Under the pieces are notes generated by a model. That model saw only the letters and a list, made by a program, of their open reading frames with translations, ran no database searches and had not been told where the DNA came from. A program made the translations under genes and the position numbers. Shown piece by piece: positions 30,861 to 41,766 of a stretch of DNA of 64,000 nucleotides (positions within the stretch are counted from its first letter, which is position 1; each line of letters begins with the position of its first letter). The DNA is from an uncultured cyanobacterium (GTDB lineage: Bacteria; Cyanobacteriota; Cyanobacteriia; CAKZMO01): positions 128,001 through 192,000 of the forward strand of contig CAVRCJ010000003.1 of the NCBI GenBank assembly GCA_963719515.1. Direction: 5' to 3'.

Positions 30861-32435
30861 TTAACCTCCGATACCGATTATCTCTGCCAAGCGGGGGGGC
30901 ATTGGCAGTAAAACAGCAGCAGTTAAAAATAGAACAAACAGTGCAATCGTTGCTCTAGCGTCATTGGGTTCTGTGAGTTCATCGAGACTCGGACGCTCCA
31001 AATCTCGCTGAAGAAACAGAATGACGATGGCCCAGTAAAGCGCCAGCGGATTAGCTAGAGTTGCGATCGCCAGCACGATCAGAGTGATAATGGTGGCCCG
31101 GCGGGCAATTTTTCGGCCATAGATGGCCTGAATAATTCGACCGCCGTCCAGCTGACCGGCTGGCATAACGTTAATTGCGGTAATCACCAGCCCCAACCAT
31201 CCGACGATGGTCAGCGGGTGAATATCGACTAGCGGCTGCTGGAGCGCTGGCCCCATCACCGCCTGTGACAAAGTTCCAACCAACACCGATCCCTGAAAAA
31301 ACTGGGATGGAATCTGGAACGCGCTTCCCTGATGAGATAAAAACAGGCCAGCCACGAGGAAGCTCAGTGATAGAGCGCCGCCCATGACCGGACCTGCAAC
31401 GGAAATGTCGAACAAGACGCTGCGGTTAGGCAACACCGACTCGAACCGCGTCAATGCTCCAAAAGAGCCAATTTGCCACGCGGGAATGAAAAACGGTGGC
31501 CCTAGCCGAACCCCATACTGCCGCGCCTGCAGCCAATGGCCGGTTTCATGGGCCAGTAAAACAAGAATGATTGAAATCGCAATGGGCCAGCTCTCTGAAA
31601 AGTGCCCCGGCTCGTTGAAAAAATCGAACCCCTGCAGAATCCCTGCCGTTTCTAGGCTAGTCGCCGTCGTCGCGGCGAGCAGCACCAGGGAAAACAGCCA
31701 CTGGGTTCTGGAAGATTGGGGTGGATCGCTGCTGCCGGTGGGCAGCACGATAACAACGGGTTTGTCCTCAGGGCCATCCAGCAAGAACAGGCGGTAGCGA
31801 TCGCCCACGCGCTCCGACAATTGCTCTGAGAGTATCCGGTGCGTCTCAGCCGCATTGCTGCCCCGGAGGTTGCCTTTGAAGATGGCTCCCCCTTGGTAAG
31901 GAACCGTCTCCGTAGCGAAAAAGGTGTCAATGCCGAAAATGAGCCGAATCTCGGCTAGGTCCTCGCTGGAAATCTTGTCGTCGCGGTTGTCCTCGCTGCT
32001 TGCGAGCTCGGGCTGGCCAGGCGCGAGGCGCTCCTGCTCGCTGCGAGTGTCAGTCGGAGGGTCTGTAGGCGAATGCTGGCCGCCTTGGCTGGACTCTGGA
32101 GAGACCTGCGGTGGCTTCTGGGATAGAGTCGAGGGCGAACGAGCGGCGTCATTGGCTGCATCAGGAGAGTAGGCAACTCCCTCCTGCTGAGCCATTAGCC
32201 GCAGCCGATTGCCTAAAGTGATGTAGAGCACCACCGAAGCGACAACAAGAAACAGCACGACGGCCAAATTAGGGAACAGGCCCAACAGCGGCAGCCCGAA
32301 CAGAACAAGCCACGGCAACAGCAGAGCAACAGACTGCAGCCAAGAGAGTATTCCTGCTTGGCCGTATGGTTTGGCGCGGTAGAAGCCCCAGCCCAAAACG
32401 AGCAGTGCGCCCAGAAAGATCAACGCTGTAGCCAT
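30861..32435 (-). CDS. Site-2 protease (M50 zinc metalloprotease)
   Basis: HETGH zinc motif; NVMPAGQLDGGRI. Confidence 0.92.
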   Translation of the reverse strand: MATALIFLGALLVLGWGFYRAKPYGQAGILSWLQSVALLLPWLVLFGLPLLGLFPNLAVVLFLVVASVVLYITLGNRLRLMAQQEGVAYSPDAANDAARSPSTLSQKPPQVSPESSQGGQHSPTDPPTDTRSEQERLAPGQPELASSEDNRDDKISSEDLAEIRLIFGIDTFFATETVPYQGGAIFKGNLRGSNAAETHRILSEQLSERVGDRYRLFLLDGPEDKPVVIVLPTGSSDPPQSSRTQWLFSLVLLAATTATSLETAGILQGFDFFNEPGHFSESWPIAISIILVLLAHETGHWLQARQYGVRLGPPFFIPAWQIGSFGALTRFESVLPNRSVLFDISVAGPVMGGALSLSFLVAGLFLSHQGSAFQIPSQFFQGSVLVGTLSQAVMGPALQQPLVDIHPLTIVGWLGLVITAINVMPAGQLDGGRIIQAIYGRKIARRATIITLIVLAIATLANPLALYWAIVILFLQRDLERPSLDELTEPNDARATIALFVLFLTAAVLLPMPPRLAEIIGIGG

Positions 32436-32771
32436 GGTTTATCGCTCAAGCTTTTTCTGTCCCCTGATTAAGTTCCGTAATGCAACGGATGCGGAAGTAA
32501 CTGGTCTTATATTCTAAACCAGCTTTTGCGGATGACCTAATCGCTACAGCTCCAAGACCGGGTCTGCAGCCTTTTCTTTATGTTCTCAAAATGTTCTCAA
32601 ATTCAAAAGAATGCACCAAAGCGAAAGGCTTTCGCCCCCTCGGCCTCTTTTGTAAGCGCCCTGTCTGTAATAAAGAGTAAACCATCTCGGTGAGCTAACT
32701 TTGGCAAGGTGATTCTGTTGTATAAAGAGAATCTGGACCGCTAGTGATTAGACGTGGGAAGAGGATAGGGC

Positions 32772-33461
32772 ATGAAGCTGATTTTGATCGGGCCACCAGG
32801 AAGCGGTAAGGGAACGCAGGCCAAGCGCCTAGAGCGAAATCACGAGCTGGTTCAGCTCTCGACAGGGGACATGCTGCGAGCGACCGCTGCTTCGGGCTCA
32901 GAATTTGGTCAGCAGGTGAAGGCGATTATGACGTCGGGCGAACTGGTCTCTGACGACGTTATGGTTGCCATGATCGAAAGTCGTATCGCCCAGCCCGACT
33001 GCGCCTCGTCTGGATTTATCCTAGACGGGTTCCCCCGAACTGTGGCCCAAGCGGCGGCCCTAGACAAAATGCTGTCCAATCGCGGCATTCAAATTGACAG
33101 CGTCATTGAGTTTGCAGTTGACAGCGCCATCTTGGTGAAGCGGATCTCGGGGCGCTTTACCTGTGCCCAATGCGGTGAGGGATATCACGACGAGTTTAAG
33201 CAGCCGCACAAAGACGGCATTTGCGATGTGTGCGGTTCTACAGAGTTCAAGCGGCGTGCGGACGATAACCCAGAAACCGTTGCCACTAGACTCAAGGCTT
33301 ACCAAAAGCAAACCGCACCGCTGCTGCCGTACTACCAGTACAAGGAAATATTGACCCGCATTGACGCCATGGCTGACATTGATGTAGTCACCAGCCAAAT
33401 CAATACGCTCCTAGAGCGACTCAAAGCCGAAGCGGCTCAGTCCGATGCCCCTTCTGAGTAG
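32772..33461 (+). CDS. adk: Adenylate kinase, long Zn-LID type
   Basis: GPPGSGKGTQ, LSTGDMLR, GFILDGFPRT; LID CAQC..CDVC. Confidence 0.95.
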   Translation: MKLILIGPPGSGKGTQAKRLERNHELVQLSTGDMLRATAASGSEFGQQVKAIMTSGELVSDDVMVAMIESRIAQPDCASSGFILDGFPRTVAQAAALDKMLSNRGIQIDSVIEFAVDSAILVKRISGRFTCAQCGEGYHDEFKQPHKDGICDVCGSTEFKRRADDNPETVATRLKAYQKQTAPLLPYYQYKEILTRIDAMADIDVVTSQINTLLERLKAEAAQSDAPSE

Positions 33462-33469
33462 GATGCCGT

Positions 33470-35152
33470 CTATCGTCGCCGTAGCCATAAAGCGATCGCT
33501 CCTCCAAAGCCAATCAGCGGGAGGATTACCACGGCGCTCAGTGCGGTCGTGATCCAGCGCTGCGGCGTGAGAACGATGCGGCGATTAACGGCTTCTTTAG
33601 GCCGGACGGTCAACCCTTGCTCAGGGGATTGAGCCAGCCAGCCCACGGTGTTGAGCAACAGGTCGCCGTTGAGCTGCTGATTGACTAGGCCATTGATGGC
33701 AAAGCTAGAGTTGCCGATGGCAACCAGGCGGGATTCTACTAACTCATCTGAGGTTGAGTCATCTGGGGCGCTAGGCGTTGCGTCTTCTGGAGGCAAATCA
33801 GGCGCTGCTGCGGTGCCGTCACCCGAAGGACCTTCAGCGTCAGGCTCTGATTCTGATAAGTTTTCTGACGCATCTGCAGGGTCATCGCTGGGAATTTCAC
33901 GGCTCAAGGCTACCCCCAAGACTAGCGGGCCCTGCCAGTCTTCTTCCGGGTTGACCTCAAGCTCGCCGTCCTCCGGAATCTCGAGCGCTTGAGCTTGGGA
34001 ACTGGTAATGAGCAGAGGAGCCGTTTCCGTGTCCTCTAGCTCTCCCAAAAGCTCTACGGGCTGCGATTCAATAAAAAAGGTAAATCCGCTAAAGGCGGCG
34101 GTAATTGGGTGTTCGCCGTAGTCCTGGACTAGGGCCGTCGTCACCCCCAAATTGGCGGCCTGAGCTGTGGGATCTAGCACCAGGCGATCGCTAAACCTGA
34201 TGTTCCAGTCTTCCAGCAGCAGGTCTAGCCCCGCGTCCGTGTCAGGATCTACCAGCAGCAGCAGGCCGCCGCCAGCCTCTAGAAACGATTGCAGCGCTGT
34301 CACCTCGCCCTCCAGCAGCGGTCGAGTTGGCCCCCCTACCACCACAACGCTGGCGTCGTCCGGAACGGTGAAGTCAGTCTGAGCCAGGTTCAAGGGTTCC
34401 ACCTGATAAATCTCGCTTTCCAGCAGCTCCTCGGTCTGGCCAAAGCCACCCTGCCCCGCTTCTAGCGCGCGCTCTCCGTGGCCCTGCAGCATGTAGACCA
34501 AGGGCTGGCGATCGCTTAGCAGGGTGACCAGTCCACTGGTGAGCGATCCTTCTGAGAGGGGCTGCTGAGGCCCAATGGTTTCCACCAGCCGCCGCGCATC
34601 TCCCGCCTGTAGATACACCTCCCCAAAGGTCTGCACTTCAAACTGGCGGGCCACCCCTGGGGACTCTTGGGGATCGATCACCTCGTAGCTAAACTGAGCG
34701 CTTTGGCGCTGGTAGTTGTCCAACAGCTCCTCATTGACGCTGGCGCGATCGCCGCTGTCCCAAAATACCCAGGCCTTGACGGGCTGATCTAGCTCCGCAA
34801 GCACCTGCTGGGTTTGGGGCGAGAGGGTGAACAGCTGGTTTTCGGTGAGGTCGATGCGCTGGCTATAGCGCACTGCCAAGATATTGACGACGCCCAGAAT
34901 GACGATGACCGCTACCGTAGACAGCAGCGCGTTGGTCCCCGCCTGAGTCGAGCGCTGACCCAAAAATGTGGGGAATGAGCGGCTTTCGGAGAGAAGCCAG
35001 AGCGCTAAGATGAGCGCCCCCCCAAAGATGAGGGCCAACGGCAGCGGTCCCCAGGCTCCAGAGACTAAACCAGCGGCAACGCCGACAATGATCACAACAG
35101 GTCCCAACCAAAACAGGTAGCGCAAGCGCTGAATAGATGCGGTGTGTTTCAT
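33470..35152 (-). CDS. GldG-like ABC transporter auxiliary component
   Basis: RIDLTENQLFTLSPQT, LQGHGER and NGDLLLNTVGWL motifs; N- and C-terminal TMs. Confidence 0.82.
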   Translation of the reverse strand: MKHTASIQRLRYLFWLGPVVIIVGVAAGLVSGAWGPLPLALIFGGALILALWLLSESRSFPTFLGQRSTQAGTNALLSTVAVIVILGVVNILAVRYSQRIDLTENQLFTLSPQTQQVLAELDQPVKAWVFWDSGDRASVNEELLDNYQRQSAQFSYEVIDPQESPGVARQFEVQTFGEVYLQAGDARRLVETIGPQQPLSEGSLTSGLVTLLSDRQPLVYMLQGHGERALEAGQGGFGQTEELLESEIYQVEPLNLAQTDFTVPDDASVVVVGGPTRPLLEGEVTALQSFLEAGGGLLLLVDPDTDAGLDLLLEDWNIRFSDRLVLDPTAQAANLGVTTALVQDYGEHPITAAFSGFTFFIESQPVELLGELEDTETAPLLITSSQAQALEIPEDGELEVNPEEDWQGPLVLGVALSREIPSDDPADASENLSESEPDAEGPSGDGTAAAPDLPPEDATPSAPDDSTSDELVESRLVAIGNSSFAINGLVNQQLNGDLLLNTVGWLAQSPEQGLTVRPKEAVNRRIVLTPQRWITTALSAVVILPLIGFGGAIALWLRRR

Positions 35153-35174
35153 AGCCCTTTGCGGATAACGCCCT

Positions 35175-35963
35175 CTACGATCGCTGATAGCGGAAAACGT
35201 CGATAGATTGAGCCGTCAAGAATACCCCCAGCAGCACATAGCTGAGCAGCAGCACGATGCTGGCCGGCTCAAAAATGCCCTGGGCTAAATTGCCGTAATG
35301 CCGCAAAAGGGACAGATGACTCAGCACTTCCCCAGCAGGACCGGCGATGCTCTCGGTGAGCCAGTTGATAATCAGCAGCACCGCCATCAGCGCAAAGGTG
35401 AGAATAGCGGCCAAAATCGTGCTGCTGGTGAGGGTGGAAATAAACATGCCCAAAGATAGAATGGCCGCTGCCATCAGCAGTAGCCCTAGATGGCCTAAGC
35501 CTATTAACCCCCACGACAGCGGCGGATCCGCCGGGGCAAAGGCGATCGCCTCATACACCAGCAGAGGCAGCATCATGGTCAAAAAGAAGGTGAGCACTCC
35601 CAGCAGCTTGCCGAGGGCTACTGACCAGTTGGTCAAAGGAGAGGTGGCCAGCAGCTCTAGGGTGCCGAGCTTTCGCTCTTCTGTGTAAAGGCCCATGGAG
35701 AGCATGGGCAGCAAAAATAGCGTCAGCACCGCCAGCCAGCCCAGAAACCCTACCAGCACCTCATAGGGCACATCCACGGGCCGTCCGCCCCCCACCTGGT
35801 CGTTGATGGCCGCAACGTTTTGCACGTCCTGCAGGATACGGAGAAATAAGACGCCGCTCAAAAGCCAGAAAATACCCGCAATCACGTAGGCAAACGGCGA
35901 AGCGAAGTAGCTCTGCAGCTCTTTGCGGTAGATGGCGATGATGTTGCTAAAGATGGTTCCCAT
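35175..35963 (-). CDS. ABC-2 type permease (GldF-like)
   Basis: KELQSYFASPFAY; EERKLGTLELLATSPL. Confidence 0.88.
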   Translation of the reverse strand: MGTIFSNIIAIYRKELQSYFASPFAYVIAGIFWLLSGVLFLRILQDVQNVAAINDQVGGGRPVDVPYEVLVGFLGWLAVLTLFLLPMLSMGLYTEERKLGTLELLATSPLTNWSVALGKLLGVLTFFLTMMLPLLVYEAIAFAPADPPLSWGLIGLGHLGLLLMAAAILSLGMFISTLTSSTILAAILTFALMAVLLIINWLTESIAGPAGEVLSHLSLLRHYGNLAQGIFEPASIVLLLSYVLLGVFLTAQSIDVFRYQRS

Positions 35964-35971
35964 GGTCGCTT

Positions 35972-36937
35972 TTATTCGCTTTGCTCTAATTCACGCTGAG
36001 GGGGCTCAGAGGTGGTCAACTGGAGGAACACATCCTCTAAGCTCACCTGCACCCGGCGCAGCTCGTGAAGTTTCAAGCCCTCCGCCACTAGGACCTGGGC
36101 CAGATCTGGTCCCGCAGTGGTGCCGCCAGAGAGACTGACCAGCAGGCGATGGGCCCCGCTCGCTGCCGCGGGACGGGGCTCTACCGCCTGGACGGCAGGC
36201 AGCCGCTGGAGCTGCGATCGCACCATTTCTAGCGGCCCCTCAACTTCGACCTCGTAGCCACTGCCGCCCTGAAGCTGGGCCACCAGCTGGTCGGGGGTGT
36301 TGGTGGCAACGATGCGGCCCTGGTTGATGATGGTGACGCGATCGCAGGTCATGCTCACCTCAGGCAGGATGTGGGTCGATAGGATAATCGTGTGGTCCCC
36401 CGCCAGGGATTTGATCAAATTGCGCACTTCGATAATCTGGCGCGGGTCTAGCCCCACAGTCGGCTCGTCCAAGATAATTACGGGGGGATCGTGGACGATG
36501 GCTTGGGCGATTCCTACCCGCTGCCGAAACCCTTTGGAAAGCTTGCGAATCAGGCTATGCTGCTTCTCCGTTAGGTTGCAGCGCTGGATGGCCGAGCGCA
36601 CCCGCTCGGCGCGATCGCCCGCCGCCACCCCTTTGATGCGGGCCACAAAGTATAGGAATCCCTCCACCGTCATCTCGGGGTAGAGCGGGGGCGTCTCTGG
36701 CAGGTAGCCAATCTGCTTCCGCACCGCCATGGAGTTGCCGTGGACGTCTACCCCATCGATGACGGCGGTGCCGCTGGTGGCGGGCAGATACCCCGTCAAG
36801 ATGCGCATGGTGGTGGTTTTTCCCGCGCCGTTGGGACCCAAAAAGCCTAAAATCTCGCCAGCCTCTACAGAGAAGGTGACGTCTTGAATCACCGGCAGGC
36901 TGCCGTACAGCTTGTTGAGATGCTCAACCGTAATCAC
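35972..36937 (-). CDS. ABC transporter ATP-binding protein (GldA-like)
   Basis: Walker A GPNGAGKTT; LSKGFRQR; ILDEPTVGLD; GTG start just after the hisB stop. Confidence 0.9.
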   Translation of the reverse strand: MITVEHLNKLYGSLPVIQDVTFSVEAGEILGFLGPNGAGKTTTMRILTGYLPATSGTAVIDGVDVHGNSMAVRKQIGYLPETPPLYPEMTVEGFLYFVARIKGVAAGDRAERVRSAIQRCNLTEKQHSLIRKLSKGFRQRVGIAQAIVHDPPVIILDEPTVGLDPRQIIEVRNLIKSLAGDHTIILSTHILPEVSMTCDRVTIINQGRIVATNTPDQLVAQLQGGSGYEVEVEGPLEMVRSQLQRLPAVQAVEPRPAAASGAHRLLVSLSGGTTAGPDLAQVLVAEGLKLHELRRVQVSLEDVFLQLTTSEPPQRELEQSE

Positions 36938-36941
36938 AGGG

Positions 36942-37616
36942 CTATAAAACCCCCTTTGAGCTAGGAATCTCGTGGGCGCGTCGTGGGTCCACCTCGGTGG
37001 CCATCCGCAGCGCCCGGGCAAATGCCTTAAACGTCGCCTCAATGATGTGGTGGGAGTTGAGGCCGTCAAGCTGGCGGACATGTAGCGTCAGCTGAGCGTG
37101 GTTGACCACCGCCACGAAAAACTCCCGCACCAGCTGGGTGTCGTAGGTGCCCACCCGCTGGGTGGGGATGGAAAGTCCGTAGCTGAGGTGGGGTCGCCCC
37201 GAGAAGTCGAGGGTGACCTGCACCAGCGCCTCGTCTAGGGGAGCGAAAAAATGGCCAAAGCGGACAATACCTTTGCGATCGCCGAGCGCTTCGGCCAGCG
37301 CCTGACCCAAGGTAATGCCCACATCTTCATTGGTATGGTGGTCGTCGATGTCGATGTCCCCCGTCGCCACTACCTCTAGATCCACCAGCCCATGGGAGGC
37401 GATCTGCTGCAGCATATGGTTCAGAAACGGCACCCCGGTGTCGGCAACACAGCGGCCCGTACCGTCGAGATTGAGGCTCACCCGAACGTCGGTTTCCTTT
37501 GTCTGACGATGAACCGTCGCGAGCCGCTCTAGCGAACGCTGCTGGGTTGAACGTTCGTCAGCGTGACCGTTCGCGGATGGCGTCGACAGCTCCAGCGAAG
37601 CATCCTGAGTTTTCAT
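36942..37616 (-). CDS. hisB: Imidazoleglycerol-phosphate dehydratase
   Basis: [12 protein letters not shown] and [18 protein letters not shown] signatures. Confidence 0.97.
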   Translation of the reverse strand: MKTQDASLELSTPSANGHADERSTQQRSLERLATVHRQTKETDVRVSLNLDGTGRCVADTGVPFLNHMLQQIASHGLVDLEVVATGDIDIDDHHTNEDVGITLGQALAEALGDRKGIVRFGHFFAPLDEALVQVTLDFSGRPHLSYGLSIPTQRVGTYDTQLVREFFVAVVNHAQLTLHVRQLDGLNSHHIIEATFKAFARALRMATEVDPRRAHEIPSSKGVL

Positions 37617-37750
37617 GAATTAACGACCCCCAAGTCAGCTAAAGTGGTTGGCAAATAGTCCCAGTCTATTGCTCGTTTAAGCAGCTTAGCGCAGCGGCGT
37701 GACCAGCTGCCCAGCCACTTAATTCCAGCAGCCTCTCTGGGCCAGTAGGT

Positions 37751-38527
37751 CTACATCCCCATAATTTCGTAGCCTGAGTCGACGTAGATGACCTGTCCCG
37801 TGATACCGCTAGCCAAGTCGCTGGCCAGAAAAGCGGCGGCGTTACCCACTTCAACTTGGGTCACCGTGCGCTTGAGCGGAGCCACCTCTTCCACGTGGTG
37901 AATCATGTCGAGAATACCCCCCACAGCAGAGGAGGCCAGGGTTCGAATCGGCCCAGCAGAGATGGCGTTGACTCGAATATTCTGAGAGCCTAGCTCGGAA
38001 GCCAAATAGCGCACGTTCATCTCTAGCGCGGCTTTGGCAATGCCCATGACGTTGTAGTTCGGAATGACGCGATTGCCGCCCAGGTAGGTCAGGGTAATGA
38101 TGCTGCCGCCCTCCGTCATTAAAGATTTGGCCCCCTGACTGAGCTGGACGAGCGAGTAGGCGCTGACGTCCAGCGCCGTTTGGTAGCCTTCCCGAGATGT
38201 TTCGCTGAACGCTCCGGTAAGGTCATCTCGGTTAGCAAAGGCCAGACAGTGGATCAGAACGTCGAGCTGTCCCCAATGATCTTTGATGTTAGAAAACAGA
38301 TCCGTCACCTGGGCGTTGTCCTGAACATTGCAGGGCAAAAACAAGCTGGGCTGCAGCGAGTCCACTAGATCTTTAACTTTCTTCTCATTGCGGCCGCGAT
38401 CGTCAGGGAGATAGGTAATGGCAAGCTCCGCGCCTGCTTTGTGAAGCTGCTGCGCAATTCCCCAGGCAATGGAGCGGTTGTTAGCAATACCGGTGACAAG
38501 CGCTTTCTTTCCAGTTAGGTCCAACAT
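37751..38527 (-). CDS. fabI: Enoyl-ACP reductase
   Basis: GIANNRSIAWGIA; YNVMGIAKAALE; NAISAGPIRTLA. Confidence 0.97.
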   Translation of the reverse strand: MLDLTGKKALVTGIANNRSIAWGIAQQLHKAGAELAITYLPDDRGRNEKKVKDLVDSLQPSLFLPCNVQDNAQVTDLFSNIKDHWGQLDVLIHCLAFANRDDLTGAFSETSREGYQTALDVSAYSLVQLSQGAKSLMTEGGSIITLTYLGGNRVIPNYNVMGIAKAALEMNVRYLASELGSQNIRVNAISAGPIRTLASSAVGGILDMIHHVEEVAPLKRTVTQVEVGNAAAFLASDLASGITGQVIYVDSGYEIMGM

Positions 38528-38737
38528 CTTAGTTTTTTCCGTATAACGGCCACATAATAAACCCTATTGAGAACCCACGCACCCCGCAGCCTAAAACCAG
38601 ATTGGTCCAAGACCGTACTGGACGTGGAGGTCGCCACCGTGCCGGGGGATCCCTAGAGACGCGAGCCATCGCTATCTAGGGTTGACCCACTTCGGAGTTT
38701 AAAAAAATCGCCGAATATAAAAACTGTAGTATGGAAC

Positions 38738-38753
38738 TGTATCTTCGAATACA
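38738..38753. promoter_or_regulatory. NtcA box upstream of ntcA (autoregulation)
   Basis: TGTATCTTCGAATACA = TGTA-N8-TACA in the fabI/ntcA divergent region. Confidence 0.72.
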
Positions 38754-38995
38754 AAAAGTGGGCGTTAGATTAAGTTTAAGTAATATTAAAGTCAACTCTT
38801 TATCACATACTTGGCCACCGCCAAGATATGGTGGATTAACCTAGCAAAATGACGCACGGACCCTCCACGCTGGATATTCAGGGCTGGCAGGGCGCGCGGC
38901 AGTACCTTACAGATGAGCCGTTTGGCTTTTTGAGGTTGTTTGCAAAAGCTATCGAAGACTTGGTTTGCTGGATATCGTCTGGTGGAGAATAGCCC

Positions 38996-39667
38996 ATGGT
39001 TGCGACACAAAGTCAGCCCCTTGCAGAACTGTTTCGTCAGGTTGGGGGCGGAGCATTCCCGCCTGTAGTAGAAACTTACGAGCGCAGCAAAACGATCTTT
39101 TTCCCAGGGGATCCGGCTGAGCGCGTCTACTTTTTGCTCAAAGGCGCCGTGAAGCTTTCCCGCGTCTATGAGGCTGGTGAAGAGATTACGGTGGCGCTGC
39201 TCAAGGAAAACAGCGTTTTCGGCGTCCTGTCTTTGATTACCGGCCATCGCTCAGACCGCTTCTACCACGCCGTAGCCTTCACGCCAGTGGAGCTGCTGTC
39301 GGTTCCCATTGAGCAAATGGAAAAGGCGCTTCAAGAGCAGCCCGATCTATCTATCATCATGCTGCAGGGGCTATCATCTCGAATTTTACAGACCGAGATG
39401 ATGATCGAAACCCTGGCCCACCGCGACATGGGGTCGAGGCTCGTCAGCTTTTTGCTGATTCTTTGCCGCGACTTTGGCGTCCCGAGCCAAGACGGAATTA
39501 CCATCGATCTCAAGCTGTCCCATCAGGCGATCGCCGAAGCCATTGGGTCCACCCGGGTGACGGTGACCCGGCTGCTGGGAGATCTTCGTCAAGACGAGAT
39601 GATCTCCATTCACAAGAAAAAGATTACGGTTCACAATCCCGTTGCCCTCAGCCAGCAGTTTACCTAA
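38996..39667 (+). CDS. ntcA: Global nitrogen regulator NtcA
   Basis: [65 protein letters not shown]. Confidence 0.98.
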   Translation: MVATQSQPLAELFRQVGGGAFPPVVETYERSKTIFFPGDPAERVYFLLKGAVKLSRVYEAGEEITVALLKENSVFGVLSLITGHRSDRFYHAVAFTPVELLSVPIEQMEKALQEQPDLSIIMLQGLSSRILQTEMMIETLAHRDMGSRLVSFLLILCRDFGVPSQDGITIDLKLSHQAIAEAIGSTRVTVTRLLGDLRQDEMISIHKKKITVHNPVALSQQFT

Positions 39668-39787
39668 CGTGGGCTGCGGCTAGGACAAAACACCGATGGA
39701 GAGCGCTGAGACGGAAAAGAGGGGTACTGCCAGCTCCGAAACCAGCGGCAATACGGTACTCTAAGCGTGTAATCCTAGCCATTTGCA

Positions 39788-41278
39788 ATGACCAGTGGCC
39801 TGATTCTAATTGCCGCCATTTTGATCTTGGGGGGTGTGATTGCAACTGCTGGCGATCGCATTGGCATGCGCGTTGGCAAAGCTCGCCTCAGCTTATTCAA
39901 CCTACGGCCTCGTCAAACCGCGACCCTGATCACCATTTTGACGGGAGGCGTGATCTCTGCCTCGACGCTAGGGCTGCTGTTTGCCATTAGCGAGCAGCTG
40001 CGGACGGGGGTTTTTGAGCTGGGGAAAATCCAGGACGATCTGGCTACCGCCAATTCAGACTTAGAGCAAAGCCGCACCAACCTCAACCGGACCCGCCGCC
40101 AAAAAACTCGGGTAGAGCGTGAGCTATCGGAAGCCCAATCTCAGCGGATGGCGGCCCAAGATCGGCTGCGGACCATCAACCGATCGCTGCAGGCCGCCAT
40201 CCGTCAGGAGGAAAAAACCGAGCAGCAGCTCAAAGACACCCAGGCCTCTTTACAACAAACCCAGGAAAACTTTCAGCAGGCCCAGCAGCGCCTGCAGCAG
40301 GCGACGCAGCAGTCCTCGGAGCTGCGGGGCGAAATCGATCAGCTGCAGCAGGAGCGACAGGTGCTCATAGCGCGTCAGCGAGAGCGAGAAGAGCTAGTCG
40401 CACAGCTTGACCAAGAGCTTGCCCAGCGCGATCAAGAAATCGCTCAGCGCGAGCAGCAGCTGGTGGCTCTAGGGCGTCAGCAGCAAATTCTAGAACAGCA
40501 GCGAGCCATCCTGGTCAGTGAGGTGCAGGCGCTCGATCGAGAAATTCAGGCGCTGCGGGAGGGAGATGTGGTCCTGTTCAATAATCAGGTCATCGCGGCG
40601 GGGGTAATCCAGGTTGACACCCCCGATGAGGCGCAGCAGGTCATCGATCAGGTTTTGCGTCAGGCCAATCAAGCGGTGCTCCAGGCCGTTTTGCCCAGCG
40701 TGGCCCCTTTGGAGGCGCAGGTCGTCAAAATTAGAAGCACTGAAGTTGCGGATGTGATTCGCCGCATCAGCGATGGCCAGCCCTACGTCGTTCAAATTTT
40801 GTCTGGCGGCAACTATCTTATCGGTGAGCCCTGCGTTGTTTCGGGGCAATCCTGCATTGACGTCTCGGCCAACGCTGTTCCCAATGAGCTGGTGTTTGGC
40901 TCAGGAGAAACGATTACGTCGGTGACGATTGACCCCAACGAGGATACCGAGACTAAGCTCCAGGAGCGGTTAGAGCTACTGATTTCTGCCTCTCAGCTGC
41001 GATCGCGTCAAGCCGGCGTGCTCCCTAAAACGGTGCAGGTCTCGGGACGGGGCTATGACGACCTCAGGTCTTTTTTAGAGGATCTACGAGATTTCCAGCA
41101 GTCTCAGACAGAGCCCTTTGTGATTCGGGCGGTTTCGGCCCGAGACATCTATACGATAGGGCCTTTGACGCTAGAGCTGAGGGTGCTTCGGGATGGCCAG
41201 TCTGTCATGGATAGCGATGTAGACAGCGATTCGGATAGTGACTCAGGTAGTGACTCGGGTCGCGAGAATGCAAGATGA
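39788..41278 (+). CDS. DUF3084 coiled-coil membrane protein
   Basis: GGVIATAGDRIGMRVGKARLSLFNLRPRQTA N-terminus; long Q/E-rich coiled coil. Confidence 0.82.
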   Translation: MTSGLILIAAILILGGVIATAGDRIGMRVGKARLSLFNLRPRQTATLITILTGGVISASTLGLLFAISEQLRTGVFELGKIQDDLATANSDLEQSRTNLNRTRRQKTRVERELSEAQSQRMAAQDRLRTINRSLQAAIRQEEKTEQQLKDTQASLQQTQENFQQAQQRLQQATQQSSELRGEIDQLQQERQVLIARQREREELVAQLDQELAQRDQEIAQREQQLVALGRQQQILEQQRAILVSEVQALDREIQALREGDVVLFNNQVIAAGVIQVDTPDEAQQVIDQVLRQANQAVLQAVLPSVAPLEAQVVKIRSTEVADVIRRISDGQPYVVQILSGGNYLIGEPCVVSGQSCIDVSANAVPNELVFGSGETITSVTIDPNEDTETKLQERLELLISASQLRSRQAGVLPKTVQVSGRGYDDLRSFLEDLRDFQQSQTEPFVIRAVSARDIYTIGPLTLELRVLRDGQSVMDSDVDSDSDSDSGSDSGRENAR

Positions 41279-41766
41279 TTGACCAATCCCACAGCGCAGG
41301 TAGGAGAACTATTCTTGGCCTCGACCCAGGCCGAGAAAAGTGCGGGGTTGCTGTGGTGGCGGTCTCTTTCCCTTTTCCCCCCTCGCCCCCTCCTATCGAT
41401 TCGAGCCCTGTGAACATCTTGAATCACGACGTCGTTTCTGCAGAGGTCACCCTCACGGCGATCGCTGCTCTGATTCTCCGCTTTGAGGTTTCGCAGCTCG
41501 TGTTGGGAAACCAAACCAGCTCAAAGGAATGGCTCGCCAAACTCCAGGCGCGATTTGATCCGCTGCCGATTGCCCTGGTCGACGAGCGCAACAGCACCCT
41601 GGAGGCTCGCGATCGCTACTGGCAGCTATACCCCGCCTCAGGGCTAACGCGGTGGGTTCCTAAGTCCCTGCGCTCGATTCCCGGCCCGGTGGATGGTGTT
41701 GTTGCTATCTTGTTAGTTGAGCGATACCTCAAGCAGCTTGCTACCGAAGGAAGCAGCAGCCTCTAA
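41275..41766 (+). CDS. YqgF/RuvX-like RNase H-fold nuclease
   Basis: ILGLDPGREKCGVAV; LVDERNSTLEARDRYW. Confidence 0.85.
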   Translation: MIDQSHSAGRRTILGLDPGREKCGVAVVAVSFPFPPSPPPIDSSPVNILNHDVVSAEVTLTAIAALILRFEVSQLVLGNQTSSKEWLAKLQARFDPLPIALVDERNSTLEARDRYWQLYPASGLTRWVPKSLRSIPGPVDGVVAILLVERYLKQLATEGSSSL

